Shown here: positions 51,698 to 62,799 of the stretch, in pieces | How positions within the stretch are numbered: the first letter of the stretch is position 1 | Layout of the letters: the number at the start of each line of letters is the position of its first letter | Position numbers and translations under genes: made by a program | The notes under the pieces: generated by a model | The model's database searches: none | Seen by the model: the letters and a program-made list of their open reading frames with translations, nothing else | Told to the model about the DNA's origin: nothing | DNA from: Corallochytrium limacisporum Hawaii | Taxonomy: Eukaryota > Protista > Pluriformea | Direction of reading: 5' to 3' | Length of the DNA: 64,000 bases | Assembly (NCBI GenBank): GCA_002811645.1 | Contig: PDIP01000040.1 | Location: 38,261 to 102,260, forward strand

Positions 51698-53194
51698 ATG
51701 CCGCAGGTGGCTGGCCAGGGACGGGCCATCGGCCAGGAGATTCATACAAGCACGGTAGAGCTGCTTGAACTACTGAAGCGTCAGAGGGCAGTACTCGAGG
51801 GCTTAAACTCAGGTACTGATTCTGCAGTTGAGTTTGTAGGCCAGGGCGAGAATGTAGTTTCTATCAGCCAGCAAGGGACGAATGAGCAACCGCGGCCATT
51901 GCAGTCGGAGGAGGACTTTGATGCGAAATATGCACGAATAATTAAAGACAAAGACACACTGATAAAGGCACAGACAGAAGAAATCACTGCACTGAACAAA
52001 AATCTGGACAAAATTCAGGGATCGATGCAGCGGGCCACTTACCTGGTCAATGCCCTTGAGGAGGAAAAGAAGGAAGCGGTTGCTGAAGCAAGAGAATGGA
52101 AACGGCTTTACGAAGCCGAGGAACAGAAGACGAAGCAGGAAGTGGAGAATATGGAACATTTACAGAAACGTGTGGTGCTACTGTCCGAGGCTTTGGATCG
52201 CTTGGAGGACAAGAAACGTTCGCAACGCAAGGAGAACAAGCGCCCAACGACGGTTACCCGCGGAATCCAGGTCACAGTTCCGTTCGCGGATCCCATCTCG
52301 CAAGAGATGTCCCTGGAACTCAAGTACAGTCCTCAAAACGAGTCGATAGATGAAATAGCTGTCGACAAACGGCAGGTGGCGACCGATTTTAAGAGGGAAC
52401 TGGACCAACTGAGGCAGTTCATGGAAACCACACTGGCCAGCATTCCCCCGGAGGAAGGGGACCTTGACAACACTGCAGGAGCCCCAAAATCAGGCGCTCA
52501 AGCAGCGGGTAATCTGTCCTTGAACCTCCCGGTTACAGAAGCCGAAAAGGCTGTGGATTCTGCAGAGCACTGTCTGAGCAAGAGTATGGTCACAGATCCT
52601 TCAACATTCAAGACACCGGATATCGTGGCCAAGTTCTCTAAAGTCAGACCGACCATTCCTGAAACCCCCGAATCTCCGCAGGAATTCCAGCCATCGGACA
52701 ATGCCTTAGTTGAGCTCAACGATTTGTTCAACCGCGCCGGGACCGTGACCCCTCGAGATGCATCTCCGCTGACCACTGCCAGGAGCAATGTGTCACAGTT
52801 ATCAGTATTCACAACCAGCAGCAACACGCAGACTCATCTGCCCGCAGTGACGGACATCTTCCGCAAATTGATGGCAGAACAGAAACCAAAGAAGAAAATC
52901 AGCAAGAAGACGATCCGAGCACCGGCTTTGCCGCAACAGAAACTGCCGTCCAAGAAGGGAAGGCCTGCAAATGCGAAAACAAACGACGAAAATGCCAAGC
53001 CGGCAACCAAGAAACAGAATATCAAAGCACAACAGCTGCAGAAGGGCAGCGCCATCCACAAGACAACGAGCACTGCTGCCAAACCGAAGACAACCAGCGG
53101 CAACGCTACCCGTCGGCATGCCCTTCAACCCCGCCAGTCCGGCAATCAGCACCAGCAACAACAGGCACCGGTTGCCACATTGACCTGGGTGTAA
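51698..53194 (+). CDS. Coiled-coil protein with SP/TP-rich linker and basic disordered C-terminus
   Basis: 498-aa ORF with a long heptad region (about aa 75-180), several S/T-P sites (KTPD, ETPESP, VTPR, ASPL) and a K-rich tail. Confidence 0.8.
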   Translation: MPQVAGQGRAIGQEIHTSTVELLELLKRQRAVLEGLNSGTDSAVEFVGQGENVVSISQQGTNEQPRPLQSEEDFDAKYARIIKDKDTLIKAQTEEITALNKNLDKIQGSMQRATYLVNALEEEKKEAVAEAREWKRLYEAEEQKTKQEVENMEHLQKRVVLLSEALDRLEDKKRSQRKENKRPTTVTRGIQVTVPFADPISQEMSLELKYSPQNESIDEIAVDKRQVATDFKRELDQLRQFMETTLASIPPEEGDLDNTAGAPKSGAQAAGNLSLNLPVTEAEKAVDSAEHCLSKSMVTDPSTFKTPDIVAKFSKVRPTIPETPESPQEFQPSDNALVELNDLFNRAGTVTPRDASPLTTARSNVSQLSVFTTSSNTQTHLPAVTDIFRKLMAEQKPKKKISKKTIRAPALPQQKLPSKKGRPANAKTNDENAKPATKKQNIKAQQLQKGSAIHKTTSTAAKPKTTSGNATRRHALQPRQSGNQHQQQQAPVATLTWV

Positions 53195-55597
53195 CGGAGC
53201 GAGCGGAGCCGTGCCGCTTAACAAGGGGAGTCTGTTTTAAGTTCGCAGTCATACCCAAGGGATCCCGTGTCCCGGCACCTCACCCCCCCCCCTTCCCCCG
53301 TCCGAACCCGGTACGGAGGCGGGCCGACCAGATTATCAGTACCACTAGAACACCAGTCGAACTGTTTTCTCCCACTCTTCGATTAACATATTCGGTCACC
53401 CCTTTTACCCTTTTGTAACGGACCTGTTCCCCCTTTTACCGTTGAACACAGTGGTGATGATTTCAATTTTCTGCTCTCTGGTGCCCCTGACGTTAGTCAG
53501 CCGTGGAGCCCTCACGGACGCGCCCCCAGGCGGGCCATTTTTTTGGGCTTTCAGTTGCCTCCTTCCTCCCTCCCCGGTGTGGTTGGGGGGGGGGGGGAAG
53601 TGCCTTTGTTTTGGGTTTGGTGTCTCGCGCGCCGGAGACAGCGGCAGGGGTGTGTGTTCAGGCTTTTGTCCCAGAAGAGAGACAGATATTGAAAACAATG
53701 AAAGAATACCGCCTAAAAGGAATGAGGGAACACACTCGGGGTGATGGGCAGGAAGAGATGGTATCGACACTGGCGGGACGTAGCCGCCCAGAGTCAAGGA
53801 AAGGGTAGGGGGAGGGAGGTGGAAGGAGTCAACACGCTCGGTTGGCCCGTTGCTGTTGTGTTATGTCTACGGGATCAACCTCTCTCCCCAATTAGGACCC
53901 GCTATTTGGCCAGTGGCGTTGTGAGCGTGCCTCTCTGCTCCGTGAGTTTCTTTCCCATATATTATGTATGTGACCTTGGGAATGTAACAGCAATAGGATA
54001 TCATGCAGAGTTTTGGTAAGCAAGTAGCCCTGCTGCTTTTGTGTGGATCCCCTTCCTGGCGAAATTAATCACCATACATTTGCTATTGACATGCACGAAG
54101 GGAGACGTTGGACCTTTGGCCGTGGGACGAAGGAACCGCAGGGAGAGCCGGGGGGGAAGAGGGGGGCAGGCCGATCTGCGTGAACCAACAAACGCACACT
54201 CTCTCCCAGCACAAAGACACACGCACAGAGACACAGGAGTAGACACAGGAGTCGTCCTGGAGAAAAGTTCCATATGCTCCAACGCCTGTTCTTTGCCCGG
54301 ACAACCCGAAGGAATGCCATCGCCCACCGTGCTGCCCCATTCCACGCTGGCGTTGGGGGTGTGCATTCTTAGCGAAATCATCGGGAGGTAGTAGCTGAAG
54401 TTTCCATAGTTCGACAACCGGCCTTCGTTCCACAATTTCCGTACTCAACGTACGTCCGAAAAGGACGGGCTTCACGAGAAGTTCGACCCAAGGTACGGGG
54501 CAGCGTGCCATTTTTGGTCGCATTGGATGCCTCGATTGCATGCTTCCGTTCGTCCTTGTTCCTTCTTTTAACATTTAATACATTTAATATGGAACCGGAC
54601 GAAAGTAAAGAGCGGCGGATCCCTGGCAGCGCGTGTCCGTGTGTACAACCAAGTGCGATTCATTTTTGGCGCTGCCAAGCGGTGGACGCCAGGGGAGAGT
54701 AAGGAAAACCTTTGGGCGAATGTGTGGCCCGAGTGCATACTCACTCCCCAGTCTGTTTCTTGGTAGTTTGGCCAGTAGTGGGCATTCGGCACACGCTCCG
54801 GTGTGCCACCTACCTTCTCACCGCAAAGGGGGCTTGAACTACGCCAAAGTGCTGAATTTCCTGTGCATAACTCCGTGGCCAATGTCCCGTGATGTACGGT
54901 AGGGCGCAAGGTTGACCGACTTCTTGACCTGGCCCTGGCCCCTCCCCCGTGTTTCCTATTTCTTTTTTTTTTTTTGGTTGCTGCTGCCGGAAACTGCTAC
55001 AGAACAAGTTCTTCCTTACTCCTCCCCTCCTTCCATTTCTTTCACCCGTCACGTAGACAAGGCCAGTGTATGGTTCGGAATCGGGGCGCACCGGTACTCG
55101 AGCCCTACGGCCGCGGAAAGGAGTGTGTGTGGTTGTGGCGATCCATTTCCCTCAGTATTGTGACGCGGTGTTTGTTTCGGGCAGGAGCACGGGTCTCTTG
55201 CTCTGCTTTCAGACCGAGGATTGCGATGAATGGAATGGCTGGAACGAACGGGAAGCAATATGGACCCTGGTGTTTCGGTCTACTTACGGAGACAATTCAC
55301 GCGATGATATTGGTGGTGTGTGGTTTGAAGGCCTCTTTACCTACTGAAGAGTACTGAGGGTACTTCGGACTTGGTGGACAGGAACAGTAAACAGAATCAA
55401 TACGAGCTGTACAAGACAGGAACTGGGACAAAAACCAGTTGTGACAAAGGCTTGAGTTCTTTTCGTAAACACCCCCTTTTTAAGGTTAGACTCCAGTGGG
55501 ACATGCAGTAAGGTCCTCTGCGACATACCACAGATTGTTACTATTGGTTTCTTTAAAGTTTGCCGGTTTGTATAAAGAGTGGAACCACCCTTCGACT

Positions 55598-57475
55598 ATG
55601 AGTCGCTACCAGAGGCTCAACACAGAGGAGCCCAACGGCCTTCACATCTCTATGGGTGGTGATGGACGGCGCGGCATGGCCCGTGCGGCTCGGCATAGCA
55701 TCGGTGGGGTCCACCGCAGTACGATTCTCCGTATCGGTGGTGGTTTGTTGGCTGTAATCGCTCTCTACACCGTGGTACGCTCTTTCTCAAGCGACTCTGG
55801 TCCCACGGGAGCTCAGGGCATGGACCACAATGGTCCCCCCGGATGGGAGGCTGAGGCTGACCGCCAGAGGTGTTCGGAAATGCTTGGTGTGACAGGTCCT
55901 GGTGAGATGGTTCAGACCGAGACCACGACCTCGACCGAGGTCACGACCTCTACCGAGACCCAGACCGAGACCACGACCCAGACCGAGACCACGACCATTA
56001 ATGATAAAGAGACCGCGACCACCGGTGCTGGGGCTGGCACTCCGGCTCGTTTCGATTTGGACTGGAACGGTGGCAACGGTCCCCTGAAAAAGTTGAGGAT
56101 CAAGGAGGTGTATCCGGATGCCAAACATCCTCGGGATTCCCGTGCCTTTTTATGGGATAATGATCCGGTCAAGATGCGTATCTGCCAGTACTATGATGTC
56201 TGTATCAGGAATCAGTCTGGAGAGCAGTTGCTGATCATGCACATGGAGAACGAGGGCGTGCGGGACGATTACAGAGCCGTGGCAGAAAACTGCAATGCGC
56301 CAGGTGCTAAGAAGCTTCCGCAATGCAAGTGTTTTCAGGGTAACCTGATACAGACTTTTGTCAGCGCGAAGGAAGTGAACGATTTATACAGGGACAAGAA
56401 ACTGGTATACCAACCGGGACATACCTTCCTAGTCGATACTTTCACCCCCAAGCACAACTTCGGACATTGGTTCGAAAAAATGGGTCAGGTCTGGACCATT
56501 CTACACAAGTATAAGGATGAGTATGACCTGGGTGAGGTGGATCAGCTTTTCTTCGATAAGGACTCGGAGCCAGACTCAGATTCTTTTAAGAACCTCTATG
56601 ACTTCGCCATGAGTGAGGCCGAACTGGAGAATGTACCAAAGCTTTGGGAAGGGGAAATTAAGGAACGTGACACTGGTATCTGCTTTGAAAAGATTTCCAT
56701 GCCGTGGACCCCTTCGAAGACCACGGGTCCGGATGACATGGGTTTCCTCAAAAGTGCGCTCTTGGAGTTCTTGAAGATCGAACCCAAGAAGCATGAGGAA
56801 AGACCTGATGCCGTATTGCTGTACCGTACTCAGTCTCAAGGTGAAAGAATTACGGGCGCCCGTCGTATGAAAAATCAGGACGAGGTCATGAAAATCATGG
56901 AGGAATACGGATACAACGTGCGCAGTGAGACCATCAACGAAAATACCCCTTTCGTCGAGCAGGCACGCCTCTTTGCTGATACTCCGCTGATTGTGTCTAG
57001 TCACAGCAGTCAGTTGCTCAACATGGCATTTGGTCAAGAGAACTACCAGGTGATTGAATCCGTGCCCATTATTCTCAACATGGACTTCAAAGAATTGGCA
57101 GTAGAGAGTGGTTTGAACTACTACTACGCCATTGCCGGGGTCAATGGCATGGATTTAGAAAGAGACCCGATAGACGGTTACATTGAGGAGTGTGTCGATG
57201 AGTGGCTGAAACTGGGACCTGAGGACTATGACGCCTACCGCGCTATCTTTGAAAAAGAGGTTTGCAACAAGAACAAGACCCCAAAATTATTCGACTACTG
57301 GCTCGAGATCAAACAGGGAGACTTTAATGCCAACTTGGACAATGTTGAGCATGCGATCGCCCTGGCCACTGCTCGGCTCAAGAAAGCCTTTGGAGATGAA
57401 TTTGTCAAGGGCAAGCCTAACAGTCCTTACACGTTCGACCTCGAGACGCCGGATGATGGAAACCCGGACGCGTAG
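55598..57475 (+). CDS. GT61/DUF563-like type II membrane glycosyltransferase with Thr-rich stem
   Basis: Signal-anchor IGGGLLAVIALYTVV, HNFGHW, ICFEKI, RRMKNQDEV, PFVEQARLF, VSSHSSQLLNMAF and VIE. First ATG is at 55598. Confidence 0.8.
   Translation: MSRYQRLNTEEPNGLHISMGGDGRRGMARAARHSIGGVHRSTILRIGGGLLAVIALYTVVRSFSSDSGPTGAQGMDHNGPPGWEAEADRQRCSEMLGVTGPGEMVQTETTTSTEVTTSTETQTETTTQTETTTINDKETATTGAGAGTPARFDLDWNGGNGPLKKLRIKEVYPDAKHPRDSRAFLWDNDPVKMRICQYYDVCIRNQSGEQLLIMHMENEGVRDDYRAVAENCNAPGAKKLPQCKCFQGNLIQTFVSAKEVNDLYRDKKLVYQPGHTFLVDTFTPKHNFGHWFEKMGQVWTILHKYKDEYDLGEVDQLFFDKDSEPDSDSFKNLYDFAMSEAELENVPKLWEGEIKERDTGICFEKISMPWTPSKTTGPDDMGFLKSALLEFLKIEPKKHEERPDAVLLYRTQSQGERITGARRMKNQDEVMKIMEEYGYNVRSETINENTPFVEQARLFADTPLIVSSHSSQLLNMAFGQENYQVIESVPIILNMDFKELAVESGLNYYYAIAGVNGMDLERDPIDGYIEECVDEWLKLGPEDYDAYRAIFEKEVCNKNKTPKLFDYWLEIKQGDFNANLDNVEHAIALATARLKKAFGDEFVKGKPNSPYTFDLETPDDGNPDA
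55913..55996 (+). repeat. Coding ACCGAGACC/ACG-based repeat encoding a mucin-like Thr/Glu stem
   Basis: QTETTTSTEVTTSTETQTETTTQTETTT. Confidence 0.8.
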
Positions 57476-58176
57476 ATCACAAGGTACGCCGTCGTACATG
57501 GTTAACACCCCCCCCCCCCGGGGGTTCTAGTATGATGGGTTTGATTAACCAATCACTTCCCGCACTAGCAAGTTATCCCGTCCATTTCACACCTACCAAC
57601 GAATCTGTCATTCATTTGATACGTGGTGAAGGCAACGAACTTATGAAGTCGTGTGTGTTCCTGTGTGGTTGGTTCGTCAATGTGAACTTTTTTACCGCTA
57701 TCAACATTTCTTAACCACCGTATATTACAACATATCATACTCTTTGCGACCAGTCAATCTACTTAATAAAACACCTCCCACCCTTGTCCTTGGGGGGGTT
57801 GCTGTTTATGGACAAAACGGTGCAAAAAGAAGGGAAACACACCAGGTGCACTGGCATTTCCCCTCTCCCCCCCCCCTCTCTCTGGCCTCTCACTTTCTTA
57901 GTTTTCTTGTTTTCATCGCGCCCGCTGGACGGGAGGGGGGGGGGGAACCGTATCGGGGCGGAGTTTCCGGGGTCCAGTACTAAAGCGGCCCCCCCCCACC
58001 CCGAGGGCGGGCGTTGTTGGGTGTGGACCCTGTGGGTATTTCGGGTTGCCCCTCGAATGGACCCGTTCCAAGGTGGTCTGCGCATGCTGTGCACAGAACA
58101 CTGCATCTCGATGTTGGCAGTCGGTAACGAAACATGTGTAGACCATATGGGTAGACCATAGGGATTGCAGACAAGC

Positions 58177-59616
58177 ATGCCACTGTATCTCTGGGGGGCG
58201 GGCAACCATGGGCAGCTCGGACTGGGAGATCTTACAGACCGGGAGCGGCCTGCAGAGGTGCAGCTGGTTGCAAATCAGCTGCGTGATTTGACGCCGGACG
58301 GCTTACCATCACCGACGGCTGAGAGTTTAGGATCGGTCCCAAACGACATTTGTCAAATTACCGGCGGCGGGGCTCATACACTCTTTGTGACAACCTCGAA
58401 TTGTGGGGACGTGTACGTAAGTGGCTCCCATGCTAAAGGCCAGCTCGGAGTAGGCGACTCTGTTATCCCCCTCAGGGACCCAGGGACACAAATATTTGTG
58501 AGGGTCTCAATTGGTGGTAACGAACGGATCAGAAAGATAGCGGCTGGGTGGGAGCACACTCTGGTTCTCACGACAGAAGGAAAGGTCTATGGATGGGGCC
58601 ATAATGGCTTTGGGCAGCTAGGGCTCAGTGACAAATTGAAGGTGGTCTCTGTACCAGAGATCCTGCCCATTGAATCTCCGATTGTGGATATTGCCGCCGG
58701 TCTGAGGCACAGCGTTGTAGTGGATGTTCATGGGAAGGTCATGGCCGTTGGGAAGAGTGCGGCCTCTCGTGCCATGACCTGGCAAGAGGCCCAGATGCAC
58801 CCACTAACGGGACTGCTGTTCCAGGATGATGGGAAGCGGTGCAGTGTCGCCGCTGAGGACATTTCAAACAATCATTATCATCCCATGCACTTCGACCGCG
58901 TGGCCTGTGGACAACATCACGTAGTGGTGTATTCGTCCAGAGACGCCCGCCATATGGCAGTGATGGGTAACGACCGGTTTGGCCAGTGCTGCGGTCTCTC
59001 GGGTCGCATTAGGATTTCCGGACTGGAGCAGGACGAGGCAGTCAAGTCGTCGACTGAGTACGAATTGTCAGTGGAAGAGTACGAATCAACTCGGTCGCAG
59101 TCTCTGATGCAGGCCTCTCCGAACCGTGCCAAGCGGCGGCGAATGATTCCGAAAGAGTCTGTGCCAGTCCTCACGGTGGTCCGCACTGATCCCACTGTAG
59201 ACAAGATGGTGTACAACGATGTAAGATGGACTGTGAATAGCGGTTGGAGCCATCTTGTCCGGTGCGATGGCAAGACAGCGTGGACCTGGGGCCGTGGTGA
59301 CTTTGGGCAGCTTGGACGGGGTCTGGACAGCGACAACGGTGGAACCCGCGCTGGGCTCGTTAACTTCAGCCCGATGATAGTGCCAGTAACAACTGATCTG
59401 GCGGTGCAACAGAGCGTCGCCGGATCAGAACACACTCTGCTGCTTACGAATCGTGGACTCTACGCGTGTGGTTGGAACGAGCATGGTAATTGTGGAACAG
59501 GGGACACGGCCGATGTAAGAACACCAACATTGGTAACAAATGTGGAAATCCCGGACATCTCGGTAGCTGTGATAGGTGCGGGCATGGCGACGTCAATGGC
59601 GTTTTGGCCATCATGA
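58177..59616 (+). CDS. RCC1-repeat protein (SERGEF/Ats1-like)
   Basis: WGAGNHGQLGLG, ITGGGAHT, IAAGWEHT, GWGHNGFGQLG, IAAGLRHS, SGWSH, WGRGDFGQLG, AGSEHT and CGWNEHGNCGTG. Confidence 0.88.
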   Translation: MPLYLWGAGNHGQLGLGDLTDRERPAEVQLVANQLRDLTPDGLPSPTAESLGSVPNDICQITGGGAHTLFVTTSNCGDVYVSGSHAKGQLGVGDSVIPLRDPGTQIFVRVSIGGNERIRKIAAGWEHTLVLTTEGKVYGWGHNGFGQLGLSDKLKVVSVPEILPIESPIVDIAAGLRHSVVVDVHGKVMAVGKSAASRAMTWQEAQMHPLTGLLFQDDGKRCSVAAEDISNNHYHPMHFDRVACGQHHVVVYSSRDARHMAVMGNDRFGQCCGLSGRIRISGLEQDEAVKSSTEYELSVEEYESTRSQSLMQASPNRAKRRRMIPKESVPVLTVVRTDPTVDKMVYNDVRWTVNSGWSHLVRCDGKTAWTWGRGDFGQLGRGLDSDNGGTRAGLVNFSPMIVPVTTDLAVQQSVAGSEHTLLLTNRGLYACGWNEHGNCGTGDTADVRTPTLVTNVEIPDISVAVIGAGMATSMAFWPS

Positions 59617-59702
59617 TGCATTGGCACTCCATGGCAATATCAGAAATAGATGCTTTATAAAGATACTCTAAATTACTTCACAATCCACTAGAACAATTCG
59701 CA

Positions 59703-60605
59703 CTATCGCTGCTTTCCGCAGGACCGACAAAAGGCATCATCCGCCATACACCTTGACCCGCAGCCAGTACACACAGCCGTCAGCTCCCACTCCGGTGTAG
59801 CAAAGCGTAAACGTCGCCGCAAACGGCGACTGAACCACAATCCAAGCCCACCCAGAACCATAAGGAACAGCTGGGTCAGTAGCAACGTGAAAAGGAACGC
59901 CCAGCGGACCATCTCCACGGTCGATGCCTTGGTCGGATCCTCGTGAGAGGGGAAGCCAAAGCGTCCGCTCCAGTGGATCCACATATCCGGTCCCACAGTC
60001 ACCATGTTTACTGTAACCGGAACGGAGTCCGACGCACTAATGGTACCGTTCAGTGTCAGACACTCACTTTCTTTTTGTTTCTTCTTCTCGACATCAAAGT
60101 CGCTGCCTTCCCCATCGGCGTCATCGGCACCGCAGACGATGGACACCTTTACTTTTGTATCCTCTTTGATATTGTACTTCATCGCTAGGCTCATGTCTTC
60201 AATGGCCGTCTTCATGGTCAATGGGGCCTCGTTTGCGTCTAAATTAATGTCAAAAGGAGCTTTATCAGTCACCATGGTGGTGTTGAAAAACTTCTCACCC
60301 TCGCCAATGCGTACAAAGTTGTGCAGATCTTTGGCGTTCATATTTACGTGTCCTCCCATCAATTCCATGGCACCATTTGCCTCAGAATAGTTTGCCGCGA
60401 AGCCCTTACCACTCAACTGAATACCCTCTTCCAGGGTCATGTTACTGAAGCGCGCTCGGATGTCGCTAAGGGTAATGTTGTGGGCAATTTTGTCATAGAG
60501 TGCATTTTCGATAACTTTCGCACTCTCTCCGTCCTTTTCATGGTTGAAACCCAAGACAACAGTTGCCAGGAGCACAGCTTCCAGGAAGGTCAAAGAGAAT
60601 TTCAT
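59703..60605 (-). CDS. Type I membrane protein with cytosolic C-terminal zinc ribbon
   Basis: Signal peptide MKFSLTFLEAVLLATVVLG, a luminal domain with N-glycosylation sequons, a TM helix followed by RRLRRR, and terminal CTGCG...FCRSCG. Confidence 0.8.
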   Translation of the reverse strand: MKFSLTFLEAVLLATVVLGFNHEKDGESAKVIENALYDKIAHNITLSDIRARFSNMTLEEGIQLSGKGFAANYSEANGAMELMGGHVNMNAKDLHNFVRIGEGEKFFNTTMVTDKAPFDINLDANEAPLTMKTAIEDMSLAMKYNIKEDTKVKVSIVCGADDADGEGSDFDVEKKKQKESECLTLNGTISASDSVPVTVNMVTVGPDMWIHWSGRFGFPSHEDPTKASTVEMVRWAFLFTLLLTQLFLMVLGGLGLWFSRRLRRRLRFATPEWELTAVCTGCGSRCMADDAFCRSCGKQR

Positions 60606-61202
60606 CCTTGCTGTCACTGAGAAAATGCTTTCACGACTAGCTCATATTCAAACACAGAACTGCATTTCCTACACAATAGTTCCCCTTCCTTACCTCTCTG
60701 ATTCACAGTTACACTCTAAACGATCTCTACTAAATGATACAAATGCAAAGGCTCTGTGAAAATGATGCGGTCTCATCTACCTGCTCTGAACTCCAAATCG
60801 CAAACGAAAAACAGCCAAAGTAAGTCACGGGACAAGGATCAAAAAAGCCAACGGGGGTCCAAGTAGTCAGTCACTGGACAGCCGAGGTGAGATGGGTTCG
60901 GGGGCGACTTCCGTCATTTCCCGGGTCTTCCTTCTCAACACACGGGCCGGCTGCGAAAGCGAATTGCACGGGGAGGCACACCCCCGGATCACCGGCCGGA
61001 GGGCAAAAGAATTGGGGCTCCCTGGGTGTCGGGGCGGGGAGGGGGCCAGGGGGCCCGGAGCCCCCGGGGCGGGAGAGAGGCACTGGACCGGTTAGAGAGG
61101 AAAGGGGCGACAGCCCGAGGGGCCTGCGGCGAGCGGAGGGTGCGATCCTCTTTGTATCGTTTTGTGTATTTGCTTACTAGTACTTGGTTCTTGATCTATT
61201 AT

Positions 61203-62459
61203 CTATGTCCGTTTACCGCCAAAGCCATCACTGGTAAGCACGTTCATGATCCGTTCCAGAAGACCCGGTCCTGTGCTGGCCCGCTGTTTGGCTTCGCGGA
61301 GCCTGGCGGCGTCCCAGTGAGGTTTGCTCTCCGGCGGAACGGGAGTTATCTTCCTAATCTTATCCAGTTCATATTCGATGTTGTAGTGCATCTTCTGTGC
61401 CCGCAGGATTGGCACAATGAGATTGAAATGATCAATACGTTTGTTTAGATGATTGATGGAGTCCCTCATGCGCTTCTCTGCGTCCCGCCACATCATTTCG
61501 TCAATCTCGGTCTCCATGTTGCCGTAGCAGTGCCAGGAGTACTCGCATTTCTTGCGCACCCGATCAATGGACTCGCGAATGTCCTTGTCTTGTTCAATCC
61601 ATTCCGGCAAGAGACCAGCATGGTGCATTAGACCCTGCATCTTCTGTGTTGTGCGATCCACGAACGGAGACGCGCTCTTGTACTTAATCGGCTTGCCTTT
61701 ACCCTTCAGATTATCAAAATCGCCTTTGGCCATGGCTTCTGTGATCATATCCTCGACCAAGCGAGTGTATCCCTTAGTTGCCTGGCGCTTGCGTACATAC
61801 TCACGCGCAGAGTCCTGCTGCTGTGCCACCAAGGCCGCCTCCTCATCCCCTTGCGCGCCGTCTTTGATACTCCGCATCTTTTCCATGTCCACGACCGCGT
61901 CCACTGCCCGTTCAAAGCGCTTTTGCTGTCGGCGCTTCTGTCTCTGAAAAACCGTACCGCGACCGACGTCCCAGTTTTCGAGGTATTGTCTGTGCTGGGG
62001 TGCGGTGTGCTTGATGTCCGGATAGTCATCTGGGTTGAATCCGGGGTCCTCAGCTTCATTCGCGTCCCGCTCTTCTATGTCCTCCACAATCAACTCGTAC
62101 GCAAGTGCAATCTCTTGGAATTGAGCGTGTTCAGTTTCACCTTGCTTTTGAATGGTATCCGGGTGGTAAACTTTTGCCAGTTTGAAGTATGCTTCCCGTG
62201 CCTCCTCAAGGGAGCTGGTCTCTTGCAACCCTAAGCGTTCGTAAGCCTTTCGCACGCTCGCCGGTTTCACTGCTGATCTTGATCTCTTTCGGTGCAAATT
62301 TGAGTCGTTTTTTCTATTCTCGAACTGTTGATAGTATAGTGACCGGGCTAAGTGAGTGGGCAACATGGGTCTACCACATCCAGCAAACTTGCTGCCTGAG
62401 ACCCGTCCGCAGCGCAGACAGGTCTGCATCCCAATGAGCCGTGCCCGCAGCAAAGGCAT
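61203..62459 (-). CDS. DNAJC28: DnaJ homolog subfamily C member 28 (J domain + DUF1992)
   Basis: Mitochondrial-type N-terminus, J domain with YHPD, IKHTAPQHRQYL, RLVEDMITEAMAKGDFDNLKGKGKP, PEWI and FNLIVP. Confidence 0.93.
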   Translation of the reverse strand: MPLLRARLIGMQTCLRCGRVSGSKFAGCGRPMLPTHLARSLYYQQFENRKNDSNLHRKRSRSAVKPASVRKAYERLGLQETSSLEEAREAYFKLAKVYHPDTIQKQGETEHAQFQEIALAYELIVEDIEERDANEAEDPGFNPDDYPDIKHTAPQHRQYLENWDVGRGTVFQRQKRRQQKRFERAVDAVVDMEKMRSIKDGAQGDEEAALVAQQQDSAREYVRKRQATKGYTRLVEDMITEAMAKGDFDNLKGKGKPIKYKSASPFVDRTTQKMQGLMHHAGLLPEWIEQDKDIRESIDRVRKKCEYSWHCYGNMETEIDEMMWRDAEKRMRDSINHLNKRIDHFNLIVPILRAQKMHYNIEYELDKIRKITPVPPESKPHWDAARLREAKQRASTGPGLLERIMNVLTSDGFGGKRT

Positions 62460-62775
62460 CTTAGTTCTTTTCGCGCCTCTTGAGGATCAATCAACTATCA
62501 TGTTACGATTTCATAAATATCCACTTACTACAACCAGCATATTGTCTCGAAGTCAATATCCACCATGGCCGAAGTAGCCCGCTTGGGTGGCTATGAGGGT
62601 CTCAAGGCTGTCTGGAAAAAGGTCTCTCTCGACAGATTGAGACCTTCCGCGATGAAATTGAACAAAACCCCCTTCAGATTAGGTTTTCAGTTATGTTTAT
62701 CAAGAGACCCTCAGTGGCTTTGTAGAGAGGGGTTCTGTTCGTCAGCTTGTAGTCCCTCTGGTGACTTTTTCCCTG

Positions 62776-62799
62776 TTTGGGCGGGAAGCTGAGTTTGAA
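62776..62799 (+). promoter_or_regulatory. E2F-like site plus CHR-like element in the DNAJC28/TOP2 divergent promoter
   Basis: TTTGGGCGGGAA-GCTGAG-TTTGAA, about 360 bp upstream of the TOP2 ATG. Confidence 0.5.
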
